Shown in pieces: positions 1 to 12,976 of a stretch of 64,000 nucleotides of DNA. Below the pieces are notes generated by a model. That model was not told where the DNA came from and searched no databases. It worked only from the letters and a program-made list of their open reading frames with translations. The stretch is from Bilabrum cf. latius. Lineage: Eukaryota. The stretch spans positions 124,001 through 188,000 of the forward strand of contig OZ237769.1 in the NCBI GenBank assembly GCA_965178125.1. The letters run 5' to 3'. A program made the position numbers and the translations under genes. The number at the start of each line of letters is the position of its first letter. The stretch's first letter is position 1.

Positions 1-1020
1 GGTCGGGGAGCTTGCGGAGAGGAGGCAGAGGGCACTGGGGCCTGGTGACGTTGTGCTGATGGACTTTAGCATGCCTCGGATGGGGGGTGACAGGTGCACG
101 AGGTGCATCAGGATGGATCCGATGCTGGACGGTGTGCGCGTGATCGGAGTGACTGGGAACGTGCTGATCGAGGACCAGAACAAGCTGCGGAGGGCGGGGG
201 CAGAGAAGGTGCTGCCCAAGCCGGTGCGGCGCGCGATCCTTCGGGAGGCCCTGAAGCCGCCCGAGGTTGAGAAGCGCAGCACAAACGAGCGATCAAGTTT
301 ATCTGACCAGGCAGACGCCTCACCGAGTAGTCGGTTGGCGTACTCCGGACAGAAGGCTGGAGGAGGCGTGGGGTAGCTTGGACAGCCATTGTCATGACTC
401 ATGACTCATGTAAATTGTGGCATGCGCTAGGATCTGTGATCAAACAATCTCGTAGGCTGGTAGTTTATACGAGAGCGTTCAGTAACAAATATCCATAAAT
501 GTTGACCCACCAGTACAGTTGCCCGTCAATCCAAAAAATAAAAATTAGGATCAGGAATCCATGATTCAGGATGGTGCTAAGAACAAAGGCAAAAAGAAGC
601 ACAATTCAAAGTTGAACATCCGTGGACGTTGCAGATCCACGCCAGGATCAGCTTCCGACACGGTACCCAATGAGCTGCCTCTTGTCGGGCGAGCGTTCCT
701 GATCGGCATCGGAAGAGCTGGCATGGCTGGCGCTTGATTCCTCCCTTTCTCCCAACTCTGGCGGCTTCAGGGCCTCCCGAAGGATCGCGCGCCGCACCGG
801 CTTGGGCAGCACCTTCTCTGCCCCCGCCCTCCGCAGCTTGTTCTGGTCCTCGATCAGCACGTTCCCAGTCACTCCGATCACGCGCACGCCGTCCAGCATC
901 GGATCCATCCTGATGCATCTCGTGCACCTGTCACCCCCCATCCGAGGCATGCTAAAGTCCATCAGCACAACGTCACCAGGCCCCAGTGCCCTCTGCCTCC
1001 TCTCCGCTAGCTCCCCGACC
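1..1020. repeat. Inverted repeat: 1..261 is the near-identical reverse complement of 760..1020
   Basis: Direct comparison shows only scattered substitutions; similarity ends after ...EALKPPE; may extend beyond the window start. Confidence 0.95.
2..397 (+). CDS. 3' end (partial) of a response-regulator receiver domain protein, probably a hybrid histidine kinase paralogous to 648..12326
   Basis: DVVLMDFSMPRMGG...VIGVTGNV...AGAEKVLPKPV receiver motifs; open from the window edge; reading through TAG 374-376 gives a TGA stop at 395-397. Confidence 0.85.
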
Positions 1021-4000
1021 GAGTCGTCCGATGGACCAGCAGTCACACCTTGCCCGAGTCCGCCCGCCTCCGTGGGAGTGTTGGTCTCCTCGTCGATGCC
1101 CTGCAGTGCCGGCGTCAGCGGCGCACCGGGACCTTCGCTGTCCGTGCCGTCCGACCCCGCACGCCGCCAACGACGATCATGGGACTGCCCTTCTTTGCCC
1201 ACGAAAGACTCGTGGCTGTCCCCGGCAAGCAGAGCAGCAGCCGACCGCTTGCCCCCCGCATGAGAAGACGTTGTGGTAGAGCCCTTCACTTCCACCCAAC
1301 CTCCCGCTTGCCAGTACCTTCCCCGCGCATAGATCCCCACGCGCATCTCCCGCTCAAGCACACGGCGCATCTGCCGGTGCCTTGGCATACCCCCACTGCT
1401 AGCCACGGCCCGCAACAGACTGGCAGGCACGCCCAGCACCCGCAGTGCATCCAGCCCATCCGTGGCCTCCAGCACCACTGGCACACCCAGCTTGCGCACC
1501 GCCGAGGAGATGTATCTACGGTTCGACCGCTCGTCGTCCACGCACAGCACGCGCATGGGGAGGCCAGCAGGTGGCTACCCGTATCCCGACACGCCTCGAG
1601 GCACAATGCCCGCACCCCCACGCGGAGTGGCAATTTGCCCCGGTAGTATGTGGGACGGTACAGCCGCTCGCAGCACGTGCGAGGGCTCCTCCCGCATGGA
1701 CCGCCCCTCCCGTGATGCAGTCAGATCCTGATGCCCGCTGCTGCCCCTGCTGGACTGCCCTTCGTGTCCAGCAGTACTCCCTACCTGCCCGACCACGCCG
1801 TCTTGCCCCATCTGGATGGGAGTACCAGGATCAGAGCGGGGGTCACTTATTGCTGTAGCGTCAGTGGGCAGCATGTGGGTCGCGTTGAGCTGCGTCGCTC
1901 GCTGCATGAGTGCTTTCATCCAGCTGGAGCCACCAGGGCCGATCTGCTGCAGTGCGCGGCGGATGGAGGCAGTGGTCTCTGAGTCGAACCCCCCACTATA
2001 CACAGCACCACCAGCGGTAATTCTGCGAGAATCAGTGTTATTGAATGCGAAAGCAGCCGAACGAGTTGGGCTTGGCAGGAGGAGCTGCCCCGGCGCACCC
2101 CCTGCTGATAAATTGCCGGACTGCCTGCGTGAAAGGAGGAGCCCTCCACTAGTCATCGATGTCCTCGCAGTGTGCGGCGCACTTGTACCACCAGTCTTGC
2201 CAACACTCTACCATGCATGCAGGTGCCCCGAGGACGCGTTGGCACCACCTCGTGTTGACGAGGATCGTTCGAGAGCGCGATTAACGTGGCGGGCGAATAC
2301 AGAGTCTGGCATCTCGGTGGCCACACCAGTGAGAGCTGCACTTGTTGCGATTCCATTCACTGCCTTAGCAACGCTAGCAGAACGAGGTGTGACAGCTTGA
2401 GTAGGAACATCGGGGCTTGGCTCTGCCGCTGACTCCTCCAGACCGCTGGGAGGGGCAGCTGCCGACTGGCATCGCACCCACGCCCAGAATATGCTGCCGT
2501 GACCAGGCGCCGACAAGAAGCCGCACACGCCCCCGTGCAGCTTCACGATGCTCTCCGTGATGGCCAGTCCCAGCCCACTGCCCTTGCCTCCCTGCTGCAG
2601 ATTCGCGTCGATCTGCGAGAAGGGCTTGAACAGCTTGTGCCTCGCCGAGGCCTGCACACCCACGCCCCGGTCCCAGACCCAGAAACTGACCATGCGGAAC
2701 TTGCGGGCCTCGGCCGCCAGCTTGGCCATGTGTCTCACCATGCGCCTCAGTCGCCTGGTGCTGCACGACTTGCTGACCTCTGCGAGCTGCTTGCTGGTGG
2801 CCACGTTTTTCCAGCTCTGCCTGGGGCGCGTCTGTTTTCCGCTTCGAAGCTGGCCGCCAGATAGCACTGCTTGCTCGCTGGTGGCTGCTCTGCCTCGAAG
2901 TGCATCGCTCTCGGATACCACCTGCATGGGTTTCACGGAGCCCTGTGTTCCTAGCTGAGAGGGGCTGGATTTAAAACTTGCTCCGCCGTTTGTGCCGATG
3001 CCGGTGCCCGTTCCGCTGGTGTCATGTGCAAACTGCTGCGGTGGATCCAACGAGCGGTCGCCTGTTCCAGCTGAAGCAGACCTATTTGGGCCACTGTCCT
3101 TGCGCAAATTGCCATCATCGCCGACACGGTCTTCATTCCTGCCCTAAATCATGGGAACGCTCGCATACTTTGGGAGGGTTCCGGATCCGTTTACACCGCT
3201 CCCTCGGCTGCCGCGGCTGCTGGCGCTCCCTGCTCTGTTCCTAATAGACAGCAAGGCATTCTTGCCGCTGGAATCGCCTTGCGACTTCACTTCAGAGATT
3301 CTGCCACTAGCCGCGCGCTTGCCATTCCGTTTGAAGGAGCGGCGTCTCTGCTTTCGGCCGGACTCGCCGTGCCCCAGCGTCTGTAGCTGCCTGTGCACAT
3401 CCTAGACGTCTTTCCTCATCCTTCTTAGCACAGCTGCAGCCGCCCTTCCCGCTTGCTGTGCCAGCCAGCTGCCCAGCAGCACCGCCACCTGACCCTTGCT
3501 GCCTTTGGAAGCACTGAGCACCAACGGCTGCAGCTTGGACCGGAGTGCCTCCCCCAGCTTAGATTTGAAATCAGACATCTTCGACTGCGCGCTAGCGATG
3601 ACGAGCCCCCGGTCCTTGAGAATCTATGAAGGCTGCTGCTCTTTCTCTCTTAGGTTGTCTTGTAGGATTTCATCGTTGCCAGCTGCTAACAGCCCAGGCG
3701 TTTGTTTCGCAACACTCTACCTCTGCATTCCCTTGTGCTTGCTACCCAAGGCATCTTGCGACGAACTATTTCCGCCTTCCGTGCCATCAGACTAGCACGC
3801 TAGCATGACGTCGAGCGGCGTGCCGTCCTACAGCAGAGTGACCGCACCGGCCTTGCTGAATGATTCACCTGCATCTGCTGGGCTCCTTGATATTTTCCCT
3901 CTGTCACGCACAATACCCCCCTCACTCTGTGGAACGGCGTACCACCCTTGCTGCAGCAGAGGGTCCGGCTCGATCGTGCCATACAGCTCCTGCAGTACGC

Positions 4001-7000
4001 CACCGTCAGTCGCATGGCCCCCCAGCTGCCGCCGCATCTGCACGCGCAGCACCTGTCTCAGTTGCTCGAACATGGCATGCAGCCCCTGCCTCCTGCTCGA
4101 CCCCAGTATGCCCTGCTTGTGCATGGCCACGTGGTCCCACAGAGGGGGAGGCAGCTCGCTGGTGCCCACCACAACCAAGGCATCGCCCATGTCTCCCTTG
4201 GAGGCCAGGGAGCGGGGCATAGAGGATTGTAGTGGGCTGACAGCGAGAATAGGACGGCTTCTGAAATCACGCACATCTGATCTAGACCGAGATTCTGCGC
4301 CCACCAGCACTCCACTGTCAGCAAAGCTGGCGAATAGCGAATCCTCGTCGGTCCGTGTCTCCGCATGAGCTCCAGATTGCACCCCAGAGTTTGCTGCATT
4401 GGAGGAGTGCAGACCGTGAGTTGTGGCAGCACGATGGTTCTACTCCCTCGTGGATGTATCACTCGCTCCGCTCATCTCTGCTGCTCGACGCCTCGTCCCC
4501 ATGCGCATGGCATGAGCCGCCGTAGCTGGTGTCCCCTCTTCTGCCGTGGCTCGCACTCGGAGATGATGCATGCTGGGACCGGCTAGCTCGTCCTGGTTGT
4601 CCTGGTCATCCTGATCGTCCTCCATGCTCCTCGCACCGACTTCGCCTCCCCGGATGACGTGATCCAGCATGCCCGGTGTCATGTCTCCTCCGAACATGGA
4701 GTCGCCGGCTGACATGCCTCCATCGATTGACCCGCCGCCCACGCTCTCGTCCATCGAGTCGAGGCGTCGCTGAAGAGCGGCACGCTGCTTGTCGGGCGCG
4801 AAGTTAGGAGCAGGGGCAGGCGCACTGCTGACTCGGTGAGCGTAGGAGCCAGGTCCTAACCCGCGTGCCCCGTGTTTCTAAAACCGGCGAAGCTCTCGGG
4901 ATCCCGTGATCTGCTCCGCGGTGTGGCTCGCATCCGAGGCTGCTGACAGGTGCCTATCGCGGGCGAAGGACCCAGTGCTGCTGGATTGCCTGGACCCGGA
5001 GTCCACTACTTGAACGACTGTGGCCACGGGCTGGCCCATGGAATTTGTGCCTCTGTCTCTGGCACGCACTGCATGGGGCGAAGATTGTGGAGCCAATCGA
5101 CTCACTGGGCTGGGCGTGGGCGAAGAGGCAATTGGCGAGGCGGATGCCGGCCCAGCGGATGTCTATAAAGAGGCAGTTTGTGCAGCACTGGCACCGCTTC
5201 CACTAGCTCCAACATCCGCACTGGCACCGCTTCCACTAGCTCCAACATCCGCACTGGCACCGCTTCCACTAGCTCCAACATCCGCACTGGCACCGCTGGA
5301 TGGGGTGTGGCCTGCCAGCATCGAACCCGATGCCTGCATTCCAAGCATATCCTACGAACCGCCCTCAGCCGATCCGGAACCAGACTCTGCGCTGGTCAAG
5401 TCACGGATAGCCTCGTTTCTGTGCTCTCCACTGCTGCTTTCGCTGCTGCTGCTTCGATTTAATGAAGACCGAGGCTGCCCGCTGGCCGCCTCAAGAACGC
5501 GCAGCACCTGCACATTCTGTTCCTGACCCCGCTAATCATGGCGGGCCGGGTCGCTCCGTGTTCTTCCGCGAGCGGCAGCTTGATCTGCTCCACGTACCGT
5601 ATACATAGCGCGCTGCGGCGATCTGACGCTCAGAATGCCCCCATGCCCACTGCTCATCTACAACACGTCGCTGGAATCCGCTTCGGGCTCCGCTGCCAGC
5701 TACTGCTCCTCAGGCCTCAACGGCACCTCAGCGACCCTGACCCGTCTCACCTAGCCTGAATCGAGCGATCTAGAGCCCTTGGGACACCCCGCCTCGCGTC
5801 CGCGCACGAACGGCAAGGGACCGACACCGGAACTGGCTCTGTCGTTGTCCGACGGTTGCCTCGCGCTCAGTATATCGGAGGTTTCATTCGCGTGTCGATT
5901 CGGCCCCAGCAGACCGGCCACTGAGGGCGCACGGGCGGTCCGCTGCCGTGAAAGCTAGCTTTCCATTGGCACACGCCCCAGCACGAGGGGTTGGACACCG
6001 TTCCTCTGTGAAGAATAATGCTCCCCGACTGAGTGTGACGAGTGAGCTTGCATGGACATGAGTGCGACAGCAGCCTCAGCATCGCTGTGGTCGATCGAAC
6101 CGGACGTGGCGACTCGACTCAGTTTTGAGGGAACGTGTTGCTGCTTGCGGCTGGATGGAGCAGGGGCCCGACTGGGGTTCCTGTGGACAGCGGCCCGGCC
6201 GCGCGCACTGGTGGGGGTGGACTGCGACCGGTAGTGCATGCTCGTCCTGCTATCCTACCGCCTTGCAGCCCTGGCTGTGCCAAGCACGCCGCCACGCTCG
6301 CCGCCCCTTGATAATACTGAGGAGGAGTTGTACGACGGCTCCTCCAAGGCGTAAGACGGTTTTAAGCTGGATCCAGACCGGCGTGACTCGGATTCCCGCA
6401 TTGCCGAGTGCCCCCTGACGAGGCCCATGCGCCGGCTTGAGCTGCCCTACCGGATGCGGGCATTGCCACTACGAGACCGCTATTTGCGGATCGATATCCT
6501 GGACTTTTCCGAGGCAATTGCGTCTGCTTTAAGCCTTGCAGCGGTGAACTTGACTCCGTTGGAGGCGAAGTTGGCCTGGCACTGCTGCAGCCGAGGGAAG
6601 TCGCACACCTCCTGCGGCAGGTTGATCTCGTCAATCCGCTGGATGGAGACTTCCAGCACATGCAGGAGGGAGCCGACGCTGCTGGTCGCAGCAGCCAGCT
6701 GCAGCTGCAAGTTGCCTTGTTGCTGCCTTTGCTTCGAGACCTTCCTACTCCTCTTGGGCTTCTTCGCTGGCTAACTCTCCGCCTGGCGCCTGGTGCGCGT
6801 GTCGCTGGATGACGCAAGGATCGCCCCTTGCGTGGTGTCCAACCCGGAGTTGCCAGCGCCAGTGAGGGGTGGTTCCTTCTGTGTGAGATAGGTAGATGTA
6901 CCCACTGACGAGGCTGCTCTGCCGCGAGATGCACTGGAGGCCTTGGCGTCTCCCTGCGAGGCGGCGGGAGGCATGCCATGCCGGGTCTCCCGGCCTGCAG

Positions 7001-10000
7001 TCAGTGGCAGCCGAGCGCGGGCCTCCGATGAGTCTGCCGCGGCACCCTTCGGTGACCGTGTCGTCGAAGTCCCGAATGGAAGTATATCTTGATCAGTGGC
7101 CTGGGCACCTTGGTCCATTGGAGCATTAGGGCCAGCATCAGGACTGTCACCGGGACCTGGTGGACGCATATTAGTCCTGCCAGTGGTTCGCTCGCCCTTA
7201 CCGGCCGCACCAATATCATCGACACTGCTGCTGCTACGCGTCTCCCCGGCCTCCTCTCCCTCTCCCTCTCCCTCGGTGCCTTCCCCCTCCATTTCACCCT
7301 CGCTCTCCAGCATCGAGTCGTCACCCCCCTCATCGATGCCAACAAGCTCGATCCCATGCAGGCTGGACGGCTGGTTCAGAGCGCCCGCCACCGCCTGGAA
7401 CAGGAACGCAGCCAGCGACGGGTTCAGCAGCACTCCCTTCAGCGACTGAAGCTCACGGGACCGATCACTCCGCAAGTCCGCCAGCCCATCCCCCCACTCG
7501 CTGATCGACACGTCGCGCACCATCGCGAACGCTCGGAACGCCCGACTCACGGCCCGCCGCAGCTGCGTGGACAGCTCGACCGGCTTGAACTCCATCTTCA
7601 GCCGACCCGACTGCGCGGCCTCGAGCGACACCATGTCCCGCAGCACGGTCTGGATGCTGTCCGCGCTGGCCGACATGCTGGGGGCCGTGTCCTTGCGCAG
7701 CTGCCGCAGACCGGCCCGCACTTCTCTGGGCGGCAGTGGAGACAGTCCGCTGCTCTTCACCAGGATGGCAACTGCCTCCAGGCACAGGGCAGGGTCGGCG
7801 GATTGGGCAGCATGCTTGAGTTTTGAGGCGGTGTCCTTGTTGCCGGTCCTCGACCTAGAGGGAGACCGGGTCCGGCTTCTGCTTTTGGGACTTGTGCTGC
7901 TAGATTCATCGATAGGCTTGGAACTGCTTCCACTCGACGATTTCTCGACCTATGACGTGCTGGAGCTGGCGGCAGGGCCGGTTGACTCGGCCCCTTGCGA
8001 CCACATGGAATCGGCTCCGACGGCGTGCTTCGGCCTGCTGGACCGCTTTGCTCCCTTCAGCAGCATCTTCTTGAGTTTCTCCTTTCTCTTCTTTAGCTCT
8101 CCCTTGGTCTTGAACAGGTCCACCTCGAACTTGCGGTAGGCCAGCAGCTCGTCCTCCACGTCCTCCAGAGAGAGAGTCAGCGCGTTGAGCGGAGACAGCG
8201 TGTCGTGCAGCATCAGCCGCAGCATAGCACCCAGCGCCCTCCGCTTGCCCTCGGCCCCCGCCGTCGACTGCCGCACCTCCACCACCCGGGCCACGTGCCT
8301 TGCCAACAAGACAGCCATCAAAATGTAGCAGCACGGCACGATCAACCTGGCGAGTAAGAAAGACCGTGCTCTCGCCGACATGCACTGCTCGGACGATGGG
8401 ATGGCTCCCTCGCTGAACTCGAATTGCGTCCACACTACACGACTCGCCACTGCCTGCGCTAGCAAGGGTGCGGGCGGCATGGCTACCACCGGCATTCCAA
8501 GTGCTTCCGCAGATACGACTGTGTCGTTGTGTGCAGGGTCAGAATCGTAGTCGATGTGACCAGATTCGAGTTCCATGCAGTTGAAGTGATACCGCAACTG
8601 AGACAGACCATTCGATGCTCCTGGCAAAATTTGGGCCTGCAGTGGAGAGTGGATGTGCTCTGGCCCATTCCCATGCTCTTCTTCATCTTCTTCATCATGC
8701 CCGTGATCTTGCACACTGCTTGCGTTGAAGTGCTTGTGGCACTCGGCACCCAGCAGCATCGCCACCGCGCCGTGTCCCAGGTCCTGCATGCTCGTGTCCA
8801 GGTCCAGCAGCTCCAGCGACCTCTCGAACCGAGTCCTGCTCCTGGGGAACACAGAGGGGTTGCGGCGGACCACTGCGCCTGCGGCTGCGGCTGCAAGTGT
8901 GATGCCCAGCTGGTGGGTGCGGCACTCCAGCTGGTAGGTTGGTATGCCGAGCCAGAACAGCTCTGTAACAACAATGAGGAGTAACAGCACCTTGAGCCAG
9001 ATCAGCAGCCTCTGCTGGGACAGGAGCAGGCTGGCATAGGTGAAGGCCCGAGAGTCCTCCCCGCCCTCCCCCTCGTCCTCGTCCCCTCCCTGGCCCCCGA
9101 TCCTGTATCCATAGCCAGTGTCCTGGCCCTTCCGTCTACCTCCTCGCTTGACGTGCGCGTCAGCCTAGTCTTCAATAGCGTCAGTAGTGGCGAATACAGC
9201 GCTGCGGTGCGCAATTGATGCCGCATCGGTGCCCGTTGCGAGCAGCTCGGCACCCCGTTCAGAAGCCCCAGTGCCCGCGCGGCTCCTAAACGACCGGCCA
9301 GGACTTGGCGCCCACCCGTGGTCTCCCGGTGCAACTTTGGCGCCTGCAACTGACTCGTGGGCCTGAATCAGGGTCTGAGGGTCTGGCACGGTGGGGCCAC
9401 CACCCATACTCCTCCCCTGCTGCTGGCTCTGGTACATAGTGCTCACGCCCCGGAGCTTGCTCTTGGACCCAGATCCGTTGCTTGCGCTCGCACTCGGCTT
9501 CGTCGGCCCGCTCCTGAGGGTCGCAGAGGGCGAGCTGAGGGCATTGTCGAGGGCATCGTCATCCTCCGCACCCGGATCGTTGGGGACCGCTGCCGCTAGA
9601 GCATGCGCGGCCTTGACCTGCTTCTTGGTGAGTGCATCGGACTGCAGCGCAACACGGCTCCAGAGCTCGACGTTCTACAGGCGACTGCGCCGGGCCGCGG
9701 CGGCCTGTGACCCAGAATTCGCCAGTGTGACGATGGTTCGAATCGAAGTGCGCCGCCCCCTTGCACGTCCTACAGCCCGGTCCCAGCAGCCCCAGCACCA
9801 GCGTGACTCACGCTGCGGTCGCCTCTGTCTTGAGTTCCTGCTTCGACTCCCACGGGTATACCGAGACGGTCGCTGTCTTGCACTGTCACTACCGCAATCC
9901 ATGCACGCGGTGCAGCAGCAAATACCGCACAGTCGAAAGGGTGCACAGATGGACGCGTCCGCATCACTTGCCCTGCGCCGAGACCCCGTGATGCCGACTC

Positions 10001-12326
10001 CAGGCCCCAGCTCACCTTCGGGGTCCTCTTCGCTGCCACCGAACGAACGAAGACCCGCAGATGCCGATCCAGGAGAAATGCCTTCTTCCTCGTCCTCTTC
10101 TTCCCCCCCCTCCTCAGAGTGGCCAGCGGGCCCCGCCTCGTCCCCACGGGCAGATCCTCCGCTCGCTGTGGCAACCTCAACAGCGCCCTGACCTGCCGCA
10201 CCCAACTGTGCAGCCGAGCTGCTCAATTCCATATCGTGTCCTCCATGCTTGTTGGTTGCAGATTGGAACCTAACTCTGTTGCCCAGCCGGTGCCGCGCGT
10301 GCCTCGGTCTCTCTGCTGACTCAACGTCAGTGTCGGATATTCCAGTATCGGACACATCGCTCTCTTCGCCGCGCTCTGGCCCCGCCCCACCGGGGGCTCC
10401 GGACGGCGCTTTCCCATTATGCATGGATGGATGCTTCCTGTTGATGATGGACAGCCCACGGCCCTGGCGTCTCCCCGGCAAGTCATGGAGGGCTTGTTCC
10501 TCGGAGCGCTCAGTGCTCGAATCGTCCTTGTCCTTCTCCCCTAGCTCCGGCGTGCAGTCCCAGCTGCCCCCACAAAAGGCATCGCTGAATGCGTCTGCAA
10601 TGCCTATTCCGACGCATGTAAATGCCACGCAAGGCGGGTCTAGCCTGTTGACACCGCCAGGCATGCGAGATGCATCGCAGCAGATGCAGGTGACTGTATC
10701 CCAGCAAACCGCGCATGCACTGGTGCAAGCATCGTCGCCCTCTGCTGCGTCATTGCCCTTTCCCGCTTCGGCGCCCATCGCGCCGGTCCCGCCCAGGAGC
10801 CCTGCCCCACGCCCCCCACCGCCCACACCCACCACAACATCGCCGTCATCCTCCTCTTCATCCTCCGCGCCCTTCTCCACCAGCCCCCGCCTGTCGCACA
10901 GCACGCACCTCCCGCAGGTGTCGATCCACCAGTCCTGCAGCCACCAGCCAGTGGATGCCCTCGTGCCTCTGGGCCTGGGCCGGGGAGCGGCGAGGAACAG
11001 CAACAGCCCGATGAAACTCAAGTTGAAGAGAACCCTGACGATCCCCTGCTGCGCCTGAGTCGTGCCGATCGCGTCGATGGCATCGTCTGGGTGTTCCATT
11101 ACCTGCACGCTCACGAATGGGGCATTCGGATCGATCGATCCGCCGGGCAGCACATCGCCCCATAACGCCCTGGCTGCAGCCAGCTCCACCACGCTGGGCG
11201 GCCGCACGCCATCGAGGTGCATGGGTGCGGATGCATTGTACTGCGATGCATTCAACTGCAGCGCACTCGTTAACCAGGGTGGGGGTCTTCCCCCTTGCGC
11301 CCCCCCGCCTGCAATCGCGCCAATATCCTGTACCACTGACATCACCGAGGCCAGTCCCACAGCGGGGCCCATGGCAAGCGCGGGCAGCGTCACCCATCCG
11401 GCCTCGCCGCCCCCACCAGTGCCCCCATCACTGGACGATGCAATCGACCCGGTTGCCGCCGCGGTGCAAGTCCACGAAGGCAGTGATTTGGCAGCGTACA
11501 TTCCGTCCAGCCCTGTCTGCCTCGCCACCTCAAGCGCCATCTCGCCCGACTCCATCACCAGCGTGAAGAAAAACACCGTCACGATGCAAGCAATGGCCCC
11601 CTGGATGTAAAACCACCTGCTGGACGTGGCGCCGCTGATTCCCCACAGCAAGAGAGCGCTCAACGTGATGGAAAACAGTCTCGCGATGAAATCTCCGAGG
11701 GCGATCACAGCCACGGGCTCGGCCTCCCCCCAACCTGGTGTGCCCGGGCTGTGGAGCAGCTGGTCTACGGGGTAGAGAGGAACGGCCGATATGAAGTTGC
11801 GATCGATGTAGCTGCCGAATCGCACGGTCGCTAAGCCCCCAGTCCCCATCATCCAGAGCCAGAACACGCGACACGACAGGCTCGACCTGTCAGTCTGGAA
11901 GGGCAGCAGCACCAGCAGCGAGAGGATGGCCACGGCGGTGCCGCCCAGCTCGATCGTGCTTATGACATGTAACGCGGCTACTGATCGCATGTACGCGCCC
12001 AACTGACCGTACATTGTTTCAGCTCTGAGGGTCCAATGCGTGGATGCAGCGACATCCCGTGTTGCGACACGATTCCCTGTGCCGGCTTCAAATAGAGTAT
12101 TCAGGTCAGCTCCGTGTGGATCGGGTCGAAAAAATATTCTAGCTAGCGCGACTACGAAGATTATGATTACAAATACCGAACAGGCGCTGCAGCAGGTTGC
12201 TTCCCATGGCGAAGGCTTCCATGTAGCACGCTCTGGTCTTTTTTGCGCCCCGGACGTCGGCCTAGACCCACTACCCTGAAAACATCCACATGACTCTCCC
12301 TACTCGAGCCAAAGGACTGCCTGCAT
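648..12326 (-). CDS. Giant multi-pass membrane hybrid histidine kinase (TM sensor region, HisKA, HATPase_c, receiver), ~3,890 aa with TAG read as sense
   Basis: 14 ORF-track fragments share one frame and are separated by TAG; H-box LRLMLHDTLSPLNAL (~8180-8225), N-box ANFASNGVKFT (~6545-6580), G1/F/G2 boxes VWDRGVGV..LFKPFSQ..GSGLGLAI..HGG (~2480-2690), receiver RVLCVDDE / DVVLMDFSMP / KPV; TGA at 648-650; ATG at 12326 with in-frame TAA upstream at 12414. Confidence 0.85.
5185..5297. repeat. 33-bp coding tandem repeat (3.4 copies) encoding GASADVGASGS in the kinase insert
   Basis: Unit gcactggcaccgcttccactagctccaacatcc repeated exactly. Confidence 0.95.
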
Positions 12327-12926
12327 TGAATGGAACGAGAGGTTCGAACGAATCCATGGATGGATAGGAATTTTGAGGTCACCATGACATGGGTCTACAC
12401 AGAGTCGTAGGTATTATAAAGGTAAACGATTCCAGTAAACTTACAAATTTATCGCCTTCCGCTTTGCCGGGGGTATGCATTTCTGCTGGGGTTGAGAAGG
12501 AGTGAGCCGCGGCGATCGTAGGAATTGCTGCCTAGTAGCCGACCAGTGCTTGATTGGCTCTATGGCCTCGTCTGGTTTAGCCGGTGCGCGCCATTCGGGC
12601 CATAGGCAATGTGTGTGACAAAGGTGGCAAACGCAGTCGGCGTTGTGGCTTTAATGTGACAGCCCAGGCCCGAATTCATCGGCTATATCGGTTTGTACAT
12701 TATGTCTTCATCTTCATTCAACTAAAAATGCAGTGCATTAAGGCGAGACCTGGCCTAGTCTTTCTAGACTAGACTCACCATGAATCTAAACTATACAGTG
12801 CTAACTACCGTGCAAACATAGGAATCTGCTGATTGCAACTTCTGACAAGACACTGCACTGCACGCACCCGCTGCCACCTCATGTAGATGCGATTGACCCA
12901 CGCACTGCTGAGGAAGAAGCTTCATG

Positions 12927-12974
12927 CCCCCCCCCCCCCCCCCCACTTCCCCTTCTTTCTCCCCCCCCCCCCCC
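12927..12974. repeat. Two poly-C runs (poly-G on the sialidase sense strand) just after the sialidase stop
   Basis: C18 at 12927-12944 and C14 at 12961-12974. Confidence 0.9.
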
Positions 12975-12976
12975 TT

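Noticed and set aside
11000-12200. Rhodopsin-histidine kinase sensor
   Set aside because: Several TM helices are present, but I found no helix-7 retinal-binding DxxxK motif or other opsin signature.
12927-12974. Poly-G tracts as a functional G-quadruplex
   Set aside because: Plain homopolymers of uncertain length; no further support.
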